From a virus (lineage: Duplodnaviria > Caudoviricetes), in IMG/VR virus record IMGVR_UViG_2939702853_000005, positions 9,323-73,322 of that record: a stretch of DNA of 64,000 nt, one strand, 5' to 3'. The notes under the pieces were generated by a model that saw nothing but the letters and a program-made list of their open reading frames with translations, had not been told where the DNA came from and searched no databases. This document shows, piece after piece, positions 60,412 to 64,000 of the stretch; within the stretch, counting starts at the first letter, position 1, and every line of letters begins with the position of its first letter. The position numbers and the translations under genes were made by a program.

Positions 60412-60438
60412 CAACCGTCTAAAAAGGCGGTTTTTTAT
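60412..60438 (+). terminator. Intrinsic terminator
   Basis: AACCGTCT-AAAA-AGGCGGTT-TTTT. Confidence 0.7.
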
Positions 60439-60536
60439 TGTTTTAACATACAAAAATAATTAAATATATTGAAATATATAACGAATTATGTTATAATAAG
60501 TACATAAAGAAGAAACGATAACGAGGTGAAAACACA

Positions 60537-60632
60537 ATGAGTCAATCTAAATTAGCAGTATTAAAAAGCCAATGGCAGCGCAAGCAAGTGTTAAAGGCCC
60601 AAACTGTATTTGGTCACCTAGTACTGAGATAA
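60537..60632 (+). CDS. Small basic peptide (31 aa)
   Basis: Not in ORF track; GAGGTG RBS directly behind a TGTTATAAT promoter. Confidence 0.4.
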   Translation: MSQSKLAVLKSQWQRKQVLKAQTVFGHLVLR

Positions 60633-60682
60633 TTTTAAATCAATAAACAAATATAAATAAATATATAAAGGTGGTAATTAAA

Positions 60683-61318
60683 ATGACAAACTTCAACAGT
60701 ATGAATATGGCAGACAAATTAGACTGGCTGTCTGAATCTCTAGCAACTGAAATTGCTAGGGTCGCATATACATCTTGGAAGCACTTGAACGATGAACAAA
60801 AAGAATTGGTAAAAGTGGCATTTCATGAAGATTTGAATTCTAACAACATTGATGTTACCGACGAACTCATTAAAGCAGTAAAAGCGGAGTTCACAGGATC
60901 TCCTATGGCTTCAATGCTTGTCGAATACATAAGTAAGTTTGCAAAGGTAACGAAACAACTTAAATCGGAGTCCAAAGCAACAATCATTAAATTTAATGAA
61001 TTCGGCTTTCCTGTGATTCTTCATACAGTTATTAAAGGTTTCGAGATTAAACCCTACGCACAATATAATGATTCACTTGTAATTGAACATAAGCCAAAAC
61101 AAAGACGAAAAGTGTGGGAAACAAGGGTTTTGCCTTATGAGGAATTAATGATATATGACGGATGGGTTGATATTGATACTGAAAAAGCTTTGCATAATAT
61201 CATTAAGTCTGATGATTATGTAACAGTTAAACAATCCAAATATGGCTGTTTCGATAAGCGTTTTCTGAGTGATATTAAAGATTTAATCCATAAAGAACCA
61301 TTAGTATTAATAAAATGA
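60683..61318 (+). CDS. Hypothetical early protein
   Basis: 211-aa ORF with AAGGTGG RBS. Confidence 0.55.
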   Translation: MTNFNSMNMADKLDWLSESLATEIARVAYTSWKHLNDEQKELVKVAFHEDLNSNNIDVTDELIKAVKAEFTGSPMASMLVEYISKFAKVTKQLKSESKATIIKFNEFGFPVILHTVIKGFEIKPYAQYNDSLVIEHKPKQRRKVWETRVLPYEELMIYDGWVDIDTEKALHNIIKSDDYVTVKQSKYGCFDKRFLSDIKDLIHKEPLVLIK

Positions 61319-61381
61319 TAATTAGATTCCTATATACAAAAATAATTAAATGTGTTATAATTAATGTATAAATAAGAAGAG

Positions 61382-64000
61382 GTGATTCGGATGTATTATG
61401 GTGATAAGAGAGAGTCAAAAGTAAACATTGCTAGAGTACTTGTTGAAAAGGGTTGGAAAATTTACGGTTACAAAAATGATGAATCTAATATGATGGTTGA
61501 CTATTACTCACCAGCAGACTGGGGCGGAATTGCTGAAAAAGATGGATTTATTCTTTGCATTGATCAATCTAGTTTGTCCTATAGCGGATATGAACAAAAA
61601 GAATACATAGGTGGTAATGCTGAATATAAAACTAATGCACGTATTCAAAAACTTGAGGCAATGATGAATGATGAGGCTTCAACTGATAATGAAAAGGCTT
61701 CTTGTGCAGTATTGATTGAGAAGGAAAAAGAAAAGGCAGGAATGATTGAGAAGTATAAAGTTGTTGAAACGTATCCTACATTTTCGCATCCAAATCCTAA
61801 AAGTTGTTCGTGGCATATTGAAAAAGACGGTCAAATTATCGCTAAGGGTACAGGCGTATTCGCTTGCTATCAAAATAATGACCATATTGAAACTAATCGT
61901 ATCGAACGTGATACTAAAATAAATAAATTGATTGCACGTTTTGAAAAAGCAATTAAAGATACAGGTGCATTAAAAGGTGAAGTGGTTAAGGTTGAAAAGA
62001 AAGTTATTAAACCAGTTGAAAAAGAAGATAAAACTATTAACGTTGACGATGTTTTATCCTTCTCTTATCATGGACATTATTGGGTAGTTACTGAAGTTTA
62101 TAAAAACAAAAATAATTATACTTGTATTGTTTATGAACTCTTAGGAAGTGCAAAGCGTGGCTACCAGCGTTTGAAATGGACAAATACTACACGATACTAT
62201 GAAACATTGGATAGACTTAACAAAGGAATGGAAGAAGGGAAAGTAAAAGTACACACCTTGCAAGAGGTAATAGAATACCAAGAAAAAACAGTGTTTAAGA
62301 AGACATCTCGTAAGCAGAACGTTTCTAATGTTCCAGCCATTGAAACCACAGAAGAAACACAAGAAACAGTAAGTGACAACACAGAAGAAAACGAAGTTGA
62401 AGAACCAGCTACAACTAGACAACTATGGGCATTACATTGCGCTACCAAACTTGACACTAGAGGAATGAAAATTAGCAAAACAAAAGCGTCCGAATTGATT
62501 ACAAAGTCAAAAGCAGGACATAACATTATATTAGAAGTAAAGGCGCATATGAACACTAATGAAACAATTGCACCAGATAAAGAAAATGGATTAATTGGTA
62601 AATCAGGAGAGGTAACGGAGACAAATAATTATAACGAATCACAAATCTATGAAAGCATTGATATTGAAGATCTGGATCAGTATACCGTTTCTGATGAACT
62701 TCAAGCGCGTTTACATTCTTCCAGTATGTTTCAAGTGGATTATAAAAAAGATTGCTATAATACCTTTTTAGAGATTCAGGAAATAGCTAAGAAGACAATT
62801 GATGAAGTAAATGATACATCTATCCAGTACCAGATTAAAAAATACCTTCAGTCATTTAAAAAACGATACTATGAAAAATACATCGAGATTTTAAATCATC
62901 GTGCAAATAATCCATCATGGGCCGTCACTGGTCGTGGAGGGCTGAACGTCAGACGCTATAACAAAATGCAAGACAGATATGGGAATATGTTGGGTGAGTT
63001 TTCAAAGATGAGACAAGGATTCGAAAATAAAATGAACAGATTTAGGGATTCAGTTAGACAAGTAGAGCAAGATAAAATTAAGAAAGCAGTAAATAATGTT
63101 ACGACTACTCTAGAATTTAAAGTAGAACAAAAGGAAATTAATGTTGCTGGGTACAAAGAGAAAGTAAGAACATATAACTATAAAAATTATATGATAGCAA
63201 AATCATGGGGAATGTTTCGGGTGTTTAAGGATGGAAAAGAGGTAGAAACCACACTTAAGACAACAAGTAGATTAGATGAAGCTAAGCAATTTGTCAATTA
63301 TTTAGTTGGAAAAGAAGAGCAGGTAACAGATGAAGCAATAAATAACAGCGATAATAAAAGACGAATTTTACAAGAAGAATCAGGAAGTAAAAATAGCAAT
63401 CAGCAGCAATATATTAGCAAGATTAATAAGCAAATCGAGTCAGCACAAAGGAAAGTGAATGCCTTGTCTGGTGATTATTTAACTAACACATGGAAACGCC
63501 AGCAAGAAGCAGCAAGCCGAGAACAGAAAAAAGATAATTTGAACTTAGAAATTAGTATTCTGGAACATCTAAAAGAAAAGGCAACTAATAACATAATGAA
63601 TGAATTCGACATAGCTCTATTAGTGGGTAGCTTTAGGGAAGATATGAGAGTCAAATATAAATCAAGAGGTAAGCACAATTATGAAGTAAAATATCCGACT
63701 ATTAATCCAGATATCGATGTTAACGGCTGGTGGAATCTAGAGGTTCCGAAATTGCAGAAGCGCTTGAACAAAGCAGGAATACACAATACAGAGCAATACA
63801 ATGAAGCAATAGATAAATATGCTGCACTTGTAAAAGCTATAGAAAGACCAGTCAATCCAATACAACAGAAGATTAAGAAAATGGAAAGTGAAGCTAAGCT
63901 CCGTAAAATTGATGGATATTTTCCGACACCTAAAACAATTGTTCAACGCATGATTGAATTGGCAGACATACAAGATAGTGAAACCTATTTAGCCCCCTAG
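61382..64000 (+). CDS. Large polyvalent-type phage protein with start of an adenine methyltransferase domain, ending at window edge
   Basis: Multi-domain; NNPSWAVTGRGGLNVRRYNK motif; C-terminal GYFPTPKTIV..MIELADI precedes the SAM-binding LEPSAG motif in such MTases. Confidence 0.6.
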   Translation: MIRMYYGDKRESKVNIARVLVEKGWKIYGYKNDESNMMVDYYSPADWGGIAEKDGFILCIDQSSLSYSGYEQKEYIGGNAEYKTNARIQKLEAMMNDEASTDNEKASCAVLIEKEKEKAGMIEKYKVVETYPTFSHPNPKSCSWHIEKDGQIIAKGTGVFACYQNNDHIETNRIERDTKINKLIARFEKAIKDTGALKGEVVKVEKKVIKPVEKEDKTINVDDVLSFSYHGHYWVVTEVYKNKNNYTCIVYELLGSAKRGYQRLKWTNTTRYYETLDRLNKGMEEGKVKVHTLQEVIEYQEKTVFKKTSRKQNVSNVPAIETTEETQETVSDNTEENEVEEPATTRQLWALHCATKLDTRGMKISKTKASELITKSKAGHNIILEVKAHMNTNETIAPDKENGLIGKSGEVTETNNYNESQIYESIDIEDLDQYTVSDELQARLHSSSMFQVDYKKDCYNTFLEIQEIAKKTIDEVNDTSIQYQIKKYLQSFKKRYYEKYIEILNHRANNPSWAVTGRGGLNVRRYNKMQDRYGNMLGEFSKMRQGFENKMNRFRDSVRQVEQDKIKKAVNNVTTTLEFKVEQKEINVAGYKEKVRTYNYKNYMIAKSWGMFRVFKDGKEVETTLKTTSRLDEAKQFVNYLVGKEEQVTDEAINNSDNKRRILQEESGSKNSNQQQYISKINKQIESAQRKVNALSGDYLTNTWKRQQEAASREQKKDNLNLEISILEHLKEKATNNIMNEFDIALLVGSFREDMRVKYKSRGKHNYEVKYPTINPDIDVNGWWNLEVPKLQKRLNKAGIHNTEQYNEAIDKYAALVKAIERPVNPIQQKIKKMESEAKLRKIDGYFPTPKTIVQRMIELADIQDSETYLAP

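Larger units (their letters stand above)
1..64000. mobile_element. Part of a large SPbeta-like temperate siphophage/prophage (no att site seen in window)
   Basis: Continuous terminase-portal-protease-capsid-tail tube-tape measure module in SPbeta-like order, YonO-type RNAP, HU, metallophosphoesterase, YomM-like recombinase; no host housekeeping genes. Confidence 0.93.

Noticed and set aside
54624-61400. CRISPR array or mini-array accompanying the Cas11-like gene
   Set aside because: No regularly spaced 28-37 bp direct repeats; the repeats present are promoter or operator motifs
2373-63973. Many 60-180 aa ORFs in the track that lie antisense to or in alternate frames of long genes (e.g. 7118..7465, 20376..20687, 36836..37336, 54420..54956, 62197..62556)
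   Set aside because: Shadow ORFs with no RBS or recognisable motifs, overlapping well-supported genes
1-64000. Lysis genes, tail sheath, attL/attR, tRNA or rRNA genes
   Set aside because: None recognisable in this window; lysis genes and att sites probably lie outside it

Overview
The whole window is about 64 kb from the middle of a large SPbeta-like temperate siphophage or prophage. The host is probably a Paenibacillaceae/Bacillales member, inferred from the stalk-domain lipoprotein-type gene, SPRY/discoidin fibres and holin-like toxin. On the minus strand, read right to left: YonO-type single-subunit RNA polymerase, HU, metallophosphoesterase, terminase, portal, protease/scaffold, capsid, head-tail genes, tail tube, three soluble glycosyltransferases, a YomM-like tyrosine recombinase, a 2330-aa tape measure with NlpC/P60 and SLT domains, a Tal/hub-spike protein, a 6.4-kb accessory island (RNase H-fold protein plus Ser/Thr kinase, secreted stalk-ankyrin protein, RHH plus Zn-ribbon nuclease, type I TA), an apparently split Dit, a PAAR protein and an array of SPRY/discoidin fibre proteins. 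On the plus strand from 50.4 kb: tyrosine recombinase, RecD2 helicase, a possible initiator, a 1.6-kb structured non-coding region (candidate ori/pac) and early cassettes with a repeated operator, two yonT/yoyJ-like units, a stand-alone Cas8b-C-terminal/Cas11-like gene and a large polyvalent protein ending at the window edge. Best leads: the glycosyltransferase trio in the tail operon (candidate virion glycosylation), the Cas11-like candidate anti-CRISPR, the RNase H-fold/kinase pair, a VgrG-like spike plus PAAR in a sheath-less tail, and a structured ncRNA downstream of HU. All family assignments come from motif reading and recalled synteny; no database searches were run.
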